Assembly (NCBI GenBank): GCA_964019335.1
Contig: OZ025691.1
Location: forward strand, 310,001-374,000
Length of the DNA stretch: 64,000 bases
Reading direction: 5' to 3'
Source: Diplonema japonicum
Taxonomy: Eukaryota > Protista > Euglenozoa: Diplonemea
The notes beneath the pieces were generated by a model. That model was not told the DNA's origin. It worked only from the letters and a program-made list of their open reading frames with translations, and did no database searches. Below are positions 34,854-44,877 of the stretch, in pieces; position 1 is the first letter of the stretch; each line of letters starts with the position of its first letter. The translations under genes were made by a program, and so were the position numbers.

Positions 34854-35399
34854 ATGACCGTCACCCACACGTTGCTGCTTGCGTTGTTTCTTATCGGGTG
34901 CTACACAACACAGGCTAGCGGGCATGACTTTGACAAGTTTGAAACTTGCAGAGACTGCATAGCTGCCGGGTTCGGGTGGTGCCCAATTAAAAGGATCTGC
35001 GGTGGGTTTGCAAACCGAGAATGCGGCGATGGCGATAGATACAGAAAAGAGGGAACCCCCGACAAGAAGAAGAAAAAGAAGAAGAAGAAGAAGAAGGCCG
35101 CGAAGGAACAACTGGTCACCTACTTCACCAGCGGCAACATCACAAACATTGCTGGGTCTGACCTCTTCTGGGTTGTCGCGGCGCAACCAGCCGAAGAGGC
35201 CCAGCCCATTGATCTTGCTACCACGCTCAAACATGTTGCCAAGGTTGGCTACACACATTCCCCAACCACCACCATCCAAGGATACTTCTCTGATAAAACT
35301 GCCCCAGTCACCTTCGAAGGTACCAGCACCGACCTGCCTGCTATAGCTCAATGGGTTTATGATGAAATTGTTAAAACAATCAGACTCCGAGCAGAGTGA
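34854..35399 (+). CDS. Secreted/ER protein: signal peptide, PSI-like Cys domain, poly-Lys linker, thioredoxin-like C-terminus
   Basis: MTVTHTLLLALFLIGC signal; CRDCIAAGFGWCPIKRICGGFAN..C motif; AAG-encoded Lys run. Confidence 0.7.
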   Translation: MTVTHTLLLALFLIGCYTTQASGHDFDKFETCRDCIAAGFGWCPIKRICGGFANRECGDGDRYRKEGTPDKKKKKKKKKKKAAKEQLVTYFTSGNITNIAGSDLFWVVAAQPAEEAQPIDLATTLKHVAKVGYTHSPTTTIQGYFSDKTAPVTFEGTSTDLPAIAQWVYDEIVKTIRLRAE

Positions 35400-35623
35400 G
35401 GGGCCCTCCATTTTTTTTTTAAAGGAAAAAAGTGTTTTTTTTTATTTATTTCCCGTTCTAATCTTGTGTTTTTTTTTTATTATTTTTTTTATTTCCCCGT
35501 TTAAAAAAAAAAAAAAAAAAAAAAAGGAAGAAAATAAAAGAAAAAAAAAAGAAAAAAGAGGGAGGGGAGGGGGGAAGAGAGAAGGAACAAACAACAAAAA
35601 AAAAAGAAAAGAAGAAAAAAAAA

Positions 35624-36184
35624 ATGCAACTACACGCAGTGTCAGTAATACTATTGCTCAGCATAGTAATAGCACCGATGGCCGACGCAAAACAGAAGAA
35701 AAAGAATAAGAAAGATTACAAGGACGAAGGGACCGCTGCCACAGAAGAGCAGATGGAGGGGATGCCGGATTTTGGCGACAAGGAAGTTGCAGGCAAGTTG
35801 AAGTGCAGCGCCTGCAAAAATGTTGTTGCCGAGGTTAAGATGGCACTAGATGCGCTGACTGAGCTGAGGCACGGGAAGCCAAAGAGCTTCGAAGTCCACG
35901 ATGCCCTTGACGACATGTGCAGGAAGATCAGCCTCAACTACGGCATCTTAAGAAAGAACAACAAGCCCACAACAACCTTTTCACGGAACACAGCGATCAG
36001 CAGGCTCACTGGAAATTGGATCAACAGTTATATCGAAACCCGTTGTGGGGAGGTGCTGACTGACCACGATGAGGATCTTGCACTCAACTACCGTCGTACC
36101 CTTCCAGAGCTTCAAGACATGATTTGCCGAGTGGGGACAAACTGGTGCAAAACTGTAGAACAAACACGCGAGATCGAGCTGTAA
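35624..36184 (+). CDS. Saposin-like (Canopy/DUF3456-like) secretory protein
   Basis: Signal peptide; six-Cys pattern CSAC..C..C..C..C; C-terminal EIEL, a possible ER-retention-like tail. Confidence 0.75.
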   Translation: MQLHAVSVILLLSIVIAPMADAKQKKKNKKDYKDEGTAATEEQMEGMPDFGDKEVAGKLKCSACKNVVAEVKMALDALTELRHGKPKSFEVHDALDDMCRKISLNYGILRKNNKPTTTFSRNTAISRLTGNWINSYIETRCGEVLTDHDEDLALNYRRTLPELQDMICRVGTNWCKTVEQTREIEL

Positions 36185-36315
36185 AAAAAAAGGGGGGGGG
36201 GAAGAATTAAGAATTTATTAGTCTAACTATTTTTAACATCCCCTCCCCCCTACAGGCATGTAGCTTGCAATTTTTTTTGTATCCGATATTCTGTAATCGA
36301 TTTTTTTTTTTTTTG

Positions 36316-36435
36316 TGGTCGGGAAAGTACTGGAGCCTTTGAAAGGTGCCTCCCGCCTGAAGAATGCCTAGTACCGACCATACCCCCTTCCCTTTTTAGG
36401 GCATGCGGCTTTCGTCTTAGGGAGCTTTTGCATGT
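36316..36435 (+). repeat. Internally deleted copy of the hammerhead-bearing repeat at 53578-53747
   Basis: Colinear shared blocks TGGTCGGGAA, GTACT, GGAGCC.TTGAA.GGTGCCT..CGCCTGAAGA, ATGCCTAGT, GACCATACCCC, TGCGGCT, TTTGCATGT. Confidence 0.8.
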
Positions 36436-36629
36436 TAATTTGAATTTTTTTTTTTTTTATTATTTGCAAAGCACTATCTATATCCGATCGGGGATCCCCT
36501 TAACAGTCTGACAAAATTTGAGAGAACATCCTCCCCCACCCCCCCGCCCCCCTTTTTTTTTTGCATCCCTCCAAAAAAAAAAAAAATCTCAAAATTCAGC
36601 CTCTTGTCAAAAAAAAAAAAATAATAATA

Positions 36630-37743
36630 ATGAGCGGGGCCACAACAGCGATTATAATAGCGGCCGTGGCAGTGTTTCTCTGCGGCTTGGTGGGGGCGGT
36701 GGTATATTGTACGAAGAAAAACAAAAGGCAGAAGCAGGGATCCCGCAGGGGGGGGAAGATGAAAGTGATGAACTTCAGGCGGAAGGGCTACGGCCAGGAG
36801 TGGGGGCTCGACTGGATGGCGGTCGATGGGCGGATGGTCCTCCACAGAGGAGAGGGCGTGGACGAGAGGTACATCTACACAGAGGGAGACGAAGTGTACT
36901 GGTTTGTCGATAAGTCGGAAGAAGAACTCAATGCCATGATGAAGGGACTGGCCATGGCTCTGAGATTTCGAAAAGGGAACAGGGAGTCAGGCGACGAGTC
37001 AAGCGCCACCACCCACAACGAACAGCATCTCATACAACTTTCCCCTGGCCCCCAGCAGCCCACTTGCGCCATCCCCATCCCTGAAGAGGACGACAACGAG
37101 ACTATTTATTCTGATCCAGATGTCTCATCTACAGTAGTAGACCCTCATGCTGTCATTGCCATGAAGATGTCAACAGCTAGGCAAGCTACTTTAATGGAGC
37201 AGCAGAAGGTCCTTCAAGGTCGGTTGGATGCGTTGGGCATCACCATCAACCATGAGTGTATCCGCGTTTTCGACGACCCTGTAGCTAGGCTACCAGAAGA
37301 CACTCGAGTGGAATTATTCGATGAAATCAAGGAACTGGCGGGGTGTGGCTTAATAATAATGAAAAAAAAAAAAAAAAAAAAATAAATAAATAAAAAAAAA
37401 GATTTTCTGAGCTTTTGGAGAACACCGACATTGTGACAACTATTTATGAAAAGCTGACCGCCGAGGGAGTTACAGAGGACAGCATGCAAGACAAGGCTAC
37501 AGAGCAGTTTCAAGAGGTAAGAGTTAGACATTTTCCTTTTTTTTTTTTTAAATATTTTTGTTTACACACCAGGCACTGGAAGATACAGCCTTTCAAAATC
37601 AGTTGATAAGTAGAGCTATTGAATTGACGCTAATTCCGATTCCTCTGGCGGTTGTCGAGCGGTTGACCACCGACATCAGCGATTCGTTTTACCAGTTTGG
37701 TGCGATGGAGGAAGCAAAAGAACAGGAGGAGGAAAAAGTTTGA
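36630..37743 (+). CDS. Single-pass membrane hypothetical protein; exons 36630-37342, 37402-37516, 37573-37743
   Basis: N-terminal hydrophobic anchor followed by a basic patch. Two GT-AG introns join three ORFs in frame. Confidence 0.7.
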
Positions 37744-38539
37744 GGGGGGAAAAAAAAAAAAAGAAAAAAAAAGTACGCCATGATAATGATCACCTTTTTT
37801 TGGGGGGGTTTTTTTTTTTGAACACATAAAAAAATATAAAAAATAAGAAAAAATAAATTTCAAAATAAATAAAGCGTCCTCCCCTTCCCTCCCCTTCTTT
37901 CCTCCTGGCAGTATTTTTCGTGGCCGTTGGTGATATCTTTCTATTCGTTTCAACAAAAAAAAAGCCCCCCCTTCAGTTCAATTGTTGGTGGATTGTGTTT
38001 GTTAATGATTATTCCCATCATCTCTTTTTTTTGCTGTGTGTATCTTACAGGCTTTATCTAAAACCCCCTGATCTCCTACTTTTCTGTATTTGAGTCACAT
38101 TTTGGTTTACCTGTGGGTTTTTTCTTTTATTTTTCTTTCTTACAGTTTGCTCGGGACGTGCACGGGGGTGTCCGTCTGAATGGAAAAGTTTTTTTTTTTA
38201 TTTTTATTTTTTGTTCTTCTTTCATTAAATGTCTACAACTCTTTTCCCTTTTTGCCGCCACTTCCATGTGACCTCGGCACTATCAATCTTCGCAAGACAC
38301 CTTTTTTTTTCTTTTCTTTTCTTTCCTTTTTTTTTTTTTCCCTTTAATTTTCCACTCAAAAAAAAAAAGAAATGTTTACTTGCATTTTGCCTACCTCTTC
38401 AAAAAAAAGGTTTTTTTTTCTTCCCGCGCACCCCCTGCTCGATTTTAAGTTGTACCATTGCAGGTATTTAAGAGATTTTTTTTTTTTTTTTTTTTTTTTT
38501 TCCAAAAGGGGAGCATCATAAGGTAGGCACGCCACCGCG

Positions 38540-38589
38540 GCGGGCCGTTGCTAACCACTTCGTTCCTATCATAGTGAATTTTTTTTTTT
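38540..38589. repeat. 50-nt dispersed repeat, copy 1 (identical copy at 49370-49419; partial copy at 39522-39551)
   Basis: GCGGGCCGTTGCTAACCACTTCGTTCCTATCATAGTGAA followed by a T-run. Confidence 0.9.
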
Positions 38590-39115
38590 ACTCGGATGTG
38601 AACAAGATGCACGGAGAAAACACTTGCAATCAAAAAGAAACAGTGATGGGAAAAAAAGAAAAAAGAAAAATACGGTGATGAAAATCATTTTTTTTTTTCT
38701 CTTTTTTCTTATTGTGAATTAATTTTTCTCTCTTTTTTTTTAAAATATCCGCGGGCTTCCAGGTGCCGAGTACAGCACTGAGTGCAAACATGCTATTCCT
38801 CAAATGGTAAAAAAAAAAAAGTTTGAGGGTGCACTTTCCCACGTTTTCACGACAATGATATCATTGCCTTTCGCACGACAGAACGAGCATTGCCTTTGTA
38901 TCGTTAAATCTTGCTTTTTACCATGTGGTGAGGTGAGCCTTTTTCCTGCACCAAGATTTATTGATTTCCAACCTGTGGTCTCTGTTAAAGCGGCCTTTTG
39001 ATCATATTGTAGGTTGCTACCCCCTCTTTTGTTTTTTGTCTTTTTTTGTTTTTTTTGTTTTACTCCTCCCCCCAGTATTTCTTTCAGTTTTGTTGTTGTG
39101 CATTTATGGGTTTGT

Positions 39116-39146
<31 letters not shown>

Positions 39147-39256
39147 CGGTGAGGGTGAGTGGGTTGGGAGAAGGGAAAAAAAAAAAAAGTTCCACCCACA
39201 CTCTCTCCCCCCTATTATGATATGGTCTCGGGTGGGCCTTAATTCCCCTGTGTAGA

Positions 39257-39291
<35 letters not shown>

Positions 39292-39715
39292 GCGCTGAGA
39301 AGCAAATCCAAGAAACTGTAACATCCTTTGGAGACAAATACAGAAGCAGACGCATCGTAGGAATCCAAGAGTTCATCTACGAGGCATCCGTACCCTGCAG
39401 TTGCGGACCGCACTCACGATCTACTTGGAAGGGATCTAGCAGAGCTTTCGTCGGCACGTCGCCCCTGAAACGGGACATAGGGCTGGCGGGGCGATTTCTT
39501 TTTTTTTTTCTCGGTGGGTTAGTTGCTAACTCCCCCCCATCATAGTGAGTTCATTTCCAAGTGGGATTGTCTTTTACTTTGAGCTATTTTTTTTTTTTTT
39601 TTTTTTTTTTGAAGTACGGGAGAATATAATCTAAAAATACAACCACAATTTGTTTTTCCAACTCACCCCCCCCCCCCCCCCCCCCCACCCTTATTCTCGC
39701 TCATTTTTTTTCTCT

Positions 39716-39765
<50 letters not shown>

Positions 39766-39848
39766 AAGTAAAAAAATCAAAAAAAAAGGGAAGGAGAAAA
39801 GAAAAAAAAAAGTCGTTCCTAACGGCACACCCCCTTCTAGATGGGCAG

Positions 39849-40928
39849 ATGGACTACTTATGTGTAAGGTGCAACGCGAAAAACAAAAAGACCTCCCTGG
39901 GGCTTTGCATCGTGCTCGGCATCGCCATCTCATGGGTGGGGTCCAGTCAACTGTCGCAAGCCACGCAAAAGGACTACACCGCCATCAACTCCCCGATGTT
40001 TATGACGTGGTACAGCACCGTCTTTAATGTTGCTCTGGCAGCACCTGGGCTGGCACTGGGAAAGGTTCAGATCCACCGTGAGCTTGACACCGCGACGCTG
40101 TGGAGAATATTTGGTTTCTACCTGCTGTGGTTGTGCGCCAATTATTCGTTCACACGGGCACTGCTGCTTACCTCAGCTGGTGTGGTGACATCTTTTATGG
40201 GGACAACACCTGCTTGGGTTGCAGTGGGATCGTCGCTTGCGTTACCTTCTCATTCTTCACATCAAACTGGTACAATTATTGCTGTTTTTCTAACTGTCGC
40301 GGGTTCGGTTTTAGTAGCTCAGCCATGGGGCGGCGGACAGGCTTCACTAGGCGGGGTACTTCTATCTTTGAACGCGGCCTTACTGGCAGCATGCTACAAA
40401 GTTATGTTCAAAAAAGTTTTCGGAACACCGTCCCCACAACAAGTCGGGGGTTTCTTGGGGTTGATAGGGGTTTACGCTGCAACATTCGGTACAGGTCTTC
40501 TATGGGTGCTTCTGTTATCAGAGGCAGAATCTGTTACATGGGCAAAGGCACCATGGGGTATTCTCACCCTTACAGCCATGCTGTCTCTCGCCTTCAACTA
40601 CCTCATTAACTACGGGATCTCCTTTACGTATCCACTGTACATATCTCTCGGGACGGTGTTGGGTATTCCGTTGAACACTGGGGCGGATTATTACTTCCAC
40701 GGGACGGTGCCTTCTGCGGCGATGTTCGCTGGGATCTCTTTAATCTGCTTTGGGTTCGTCATTTTTATTGCCGTCGACGTCCGCCACAAAACAACCTTCC
40801 CCACCACCATCGATGAAGTCTCTGAGGATGACGACGACGATGAAACCGGTTCCAACGAAACACCAAACAGCATCCTTAACACCGCCCACCTCCCAAAGGA
40901 AACAGACAGCCTGCTGCAAGACCGTTAA
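39849..40928 (+). CDS. DMT-superfamily transporter, SLC35F3/F4-like
   Basis: About 10 TM helices; ISWVGSSQL, PMFMTWYST, LWLCANY, ACYKVMFKK, FNYLINYGI.FTYPL.ISLGTVLGIPLN. Confidence 0.85.
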   Translation: MDYLCVRCNAKNKKTSLGLCIVLGIAISWVGSSQLSQATQKDYTAINSPMFMTWYSTVFNVALAAPGLALGKVQIHRELDTATLWRIFGFYLLWLCANYSFTRALLLTSAGVVTSFMGTTPAWVAVGSSLALPSHSSHQTGTIIAVFLTVAGSVLVAQPWGGGQASLGGVLLSLNAALLAACYKVMFKKVFGTPSPQQVGGFLGLIGVYAATFGTGLLWVLLLSEAESVTWAKAPWGILTLTAMLSLAFNYLINYGISFTYPLYISLGTVLGIPLNTGADYYFHGTVPSAAMFAGISLICFGFVIFIAVDVRHKTTFPTTIDEVSEDDDDDETGSNETPNSILNTAHLPKETDSLLQDR

Positions 40929-40982
40929 ATTCTTTTTATATTTTTTTTTTTTGTTTCAGAATAATACACACACCAAAGGTAG

Positions 40983-42041
40983 ATGGGAGGGAGGGGTGTT
41001 ATAAGAACAACAAGCACCCTCAATATGAACTGGTTTTACAATACGTTTGGGTTTCAGGAGTCCACTGGGGTGGGATACGGGAAAACGAAAGCCATGCTAG
41101 AGGAGATGTACGACGAAAAGGACCACACGCTCAACGGGGGCAAGGTGGGGTTGTGGGAATTCACCACCCTCACGAACTTAAGGGCACAAACAGCAACACC
41201 AAAAACACCCGCTGACGATGCAGTTCGGTACGAGCACATTACAGGCGAAGCGAAGTCCATGCACGGTGTGGAAGAAAACACAGGCGCAATGTTCCAAGCC
41301 GCCTCACAATTCAACTGCTTGGAGTTCCCCAGTCCTTGCATGAACCCCGAACACGGTGTTACTAATTATGTTCTTGACAAAACCCAAGGCCCTGCATGCG
41401 CTGTGGCCTGCCCTTATGGAACAGCCTTCCGCAATTATTTGTTACCCCGAGAAAATGGTACAATCGGGCAGACCAAATTCAACCAGCTTGACGGGCTGCG
41501 CGAGCTAGGGGAACGCCTTGGCAACGACGACGACCGCTACTGGCGAGTCGCCAACGGTTACTTAGACGCTTCACACGAACAGCTGAGACTATTGAACAAA
41601 AAACTCAATTCTCTGACTGAGTCCGAGCGCGACGACATCATGGGGCACATCAAAGTGGGCAGCCACTACGATACCCAAAGCTTCAAGTCAACATTGGTGG
41701 GACAGTGCTACTGTGCAGCCGCTGCGCTTTCTTACAGCAGATGCAATGATGTTGCTCTTTGGGAGCCGTTTTCTCAGCTTATTCTGGACGCGATATACGA
41801 GGCCACACTTCGGTCTGCCGTTAAATACCATGACATGAGGGTGGCGGAAGCGCCTGCTGGATCCCTGCTCCCTCCGCAGACTGTTTTCCTCACCAAGGTC
41901 GGGGGAGGTGTGTTTGGTAACGAACACCAGTGGATCAGGCAGGCCATCGAAAGAGCCTTGACAAAAGTAAGGGAAGAAAAACACTCATTGGATGTGAAGC
42001 TGGTTCATTTCCAGAGCGTCTGTGATGAGTATCTTTTTTGA
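40983..42041 (+). CDS. Uncharacterised macrodomain-like protein (start may be ATG 41025)
   Basis: WF..FGF.E, FQAASQFNCLEF, PE.GVT.Y..D.TQGPACA, YEATL, VFLTKVGGGVFGN..WI..AI.RA. The GGGVFG loop is macrodomain-like. Confidence 0.7.
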   Translation: MGGRGVIRTTSTLNMNWFYNTFGFQESTGVGYGKTKAMLEEMYDEKDHTLNGGKVGLWEFTTLTNLRAQTATPKTPADDAVRYEHITGEAKSMHGVEENTGAMFQAASQFNCLEFPSPCMNPEHGVTNYVLDKTQGPACAVACPYGTAFRNYLLPRENGTIGQTKFNQLDGLRELGERLGNDDDRYWRVANGYLDASHEQLRLLNKKLNSLTESERDDIMGHIKVGSHYDTQSFKSTLVGQCYCAAAALSYSRCNDVALWEPFSQLILDAIYEATLRSAVKYHDMRVAEAPAGSLLPPQTVFLTKVGGGVFGNEHQWIRQAIERALTKVREEKHSLDVKLVHFQSVCDEYLF

Positions 42042-43221
42042 AAAAAAAAAAAAATGGGGAAAAAAATTTTTTTAAAAAGAAAATATTAGTGTCAGAGTGG
42101 GGGGGGGGGGGGGGGGGGGGGGCGAGTGTGAAACAAAAAGAAAAAAAAAGTGGGAGGAGCTAGGAGGAAGCCGTTTTTAACCGTTTTTACTTGGTTAAAG
42201 GTGGTGAATTCTTTAATTTGAAAGAGGAAAAAAAAAAAAAAAAAAAAAAAAGAAGAGAGAGGAAAATACAAAGACAGGTGTTTAGTGAATTGCTTAAAAG
42301 CCCTCCCCTCCCCTACTCTTGCAAAAAAAAAAAAAAAAAGCGAGGCCGTAGAAAAAGAAGAAATAGAAAGAAAAAAAGAATTTACCTCCCCTGTGTCCTT
42401 GTTGTGCCCCTCCATTGCGCTGCTGGCGTTGTCACCAACCTTCTAGTCACTGGGGGGGTTTTGAATTTTAACCCTTATAGGGAGAGAGAAAAAACCGAAA
42501 CTTTAAAAATTTCAAACATCTTCGAGCACGCCATCACAGGGATTGCTTATAGATGTCACCGCTGCATACTTTCCCAGCAATTTTCAAAGGTGCACCTTTT
42601 TTTTTTTGAGTCAATGCCTTAGGGATATAAAAAAAAAAGAGATGGGAGGGCACCACAGTCCTTACTGGTCCTTTTGAAAAGGGGTGATTAAAACTTTTTT
42701 TTTTGTTTCCTTATTTTTTTTTTCCGTTCAAACCAGGCCTTTGTTTTTATTATTCTTTTTTTACTATCCCCCCCCCCCCCCTCCCCCCTTCTCCTACCGC
42801 ACATAACACACCAAAAAAGAAAGAGAGAAAAAAAAACCACTTGTTTGATTATCTCATATCTCAGGTTCAAAGATATCAAGCGGAGCTTTTGTCCAGAAAA
42901 AGAAAGGAGCATTAAGGCATATCGAACACCTAAAATATGAGGCGTTATGTAACAAGAAAAAAAGAGGAAGACCAGGGGGAGGAAATGAGAAAACAGTATG
43001 GTACTTGCACAATCACCTTTTCTAGCCTCTTGAGGTGGTAGTGCAGGGGCCCTAGTGCACCCATCGGTCTCCCTGTGCCAGAAAGAATAAAGCCGCTCTT
43101 TTTTATTCTTTTTTTTTTTTTTTTTTTTTTTAAAGTCCATTATCTAAAACCCCGATTTGCAGTTAAAAGAAAGAAAAGGGGAAGAAAAAGGGGGAGAAAA
43201 AAAAAACTATTTATTTAGTGA

Positions 43222-43270
43222 CACTCGCTTCGCTCGTGAAGTAATGACGGTTATATTCACGAAGCGAGTG
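43222..43270. repeat. Hairpin related to the 32372-33113 foldback element
   Basis: CACTCGCTTC..GTGAA / TTCAC GAAGCGAGTG; shares CGTGAAGTAATG with 33059-33070. Confidence 0.6.
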
Positions 43271-44006
43271 CACGAGTCAAAACTGCCACCACAAGTGAAA
43301 TCATCAATCTTATATTCACAAATACGGTATTTTATTTAACGACAGCAAAATTTGAGTGGGTGGGGGGGGGGGGGGGGGGGTGGTGTAAAGACAAGATATG
43401 TGTCAACGCTGCACAGCGAACGATGCCATACCTCGGTGCAAGTAAAGAAGTCCATCATTTGCTCTTGGGTAATTTGAGGGAGACCTTTAGTAGAATTATA
43501 ATTTCTTAATACTTAACATCCTTAACTAATCCTCGGGTTTTTCTTTTTCCTCCCCCCGCCCCCCCCCACTTTGGTCTGACTTTCTTTTTTTCTCTCTCTC
43601 TTCCAATGTAGCAAAAAAGTTTTTTTTTCCCCCCTTCTTTATTCGTTACACGCCTTGCAACCTAGAAGTTTTTTTTTTTAATTCTTTTTTTTTAGCCTCT
43701 CCACCACAAGGTTTTTTTTTCCCCCTTCGTGTGTAGTAAGAAATCCAACCCTAAAAAGCGCTTTAAAAAAATTTTTAGGTTGCAAGGCATGTTGTTTAGT
43801 GTTTTGTTGTTAAAAAAGGTCCGGATGATCTATAAAAGATTTACCTGTTCTTCCCTGTTTCTCTCCCCCTCCCCCTTCTGGACTATTTCCCCCCATTCCC
43901 ACCCCCCCCCTTTTTTTTGCTTCCGCTGTGTTGCCCAAAATAAAGCAGAAAATAGTTAATTTATTGCTAATAAATACTGAGTTATTTTTCTTAACTCGAA
44001 TTTTCC

Positions 44007-44056
<50 letters not shown>

Positions 44057-44260
44057 ACTCGGGCCCATACAGGAGACAAGACTGTTTGCGGGGAGTTAAC
44101 TTCCGGCTCATATGGCAGTACGTAAGTCGGTTTTTTTTTTTTTTTTTTTTTTTTGTTGTATCCGTTCGTCATTTGAATTGGGAAAGCGAGTCTTTTTTGT
44201 TTTTCCTGCTGAGAAATATGAGGGTTTCATTTTTCCCCAGCCCTCCTAATGCAAGCCGGT

Positions 44261-44304
<44 letters not shown>

Positions 44305-44678
44305 TATCTTAAGGGATCGATTTCATCATTTTAATTGAAAACTGTGGGGACTAACCCGATCCATCTCAAGAAATAGTGGCCTTGAAAAAAAAAATAAATA
44401 TTTATTTACGAGGACAACGGGTGGGGGGGGGGGGGGGGGGGTTGATGAAGAAGGGAAAAGAAAGAAAGAAAGAAGAAAAGGGAAAAAAAAAAGAAAAGGA
44501 AGAAGATAGATTCTTGTAACATCATTTTCACCCACCTCGGACTGGCTACACCCCCACTTTTCTTTTTTTTTTTCCTTCTTATTTCACCAACTTTCCCCCC
44601 CCCATTTTTTTAAAAGAAAAGTGCAATTGAGCAAAAAAGAAAAAGGAGGATATACCGAAACCCTTCAAACAAGGTGGG

Positions 44679-44711
<33 letters not shown>

Positions 44712-44877
44712 GTGTGGCCCCCGACAAAAAGTGAGAAGAGCACAAAATGAGAAAAAGAAAACTCCTCTCTTCTTCCCCCTTCGCCCCTCTCCCCCCCCCA
44801 CATCATGATTATTTTTTTTTTCCTTCTTTAAAAAAGAAAAAAGAAAAAAAAAGGGGGCGGGTGGGAAGGAGAGAAAC

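Noticed and set aside
38800-39500. Coding-like islands (minus-strand QRQCSFCRAKG; plus-strand open frame 39285-39500)
   Set aside because: Short, with no start or splice model and no recognisable family; possibly decayed element debris.
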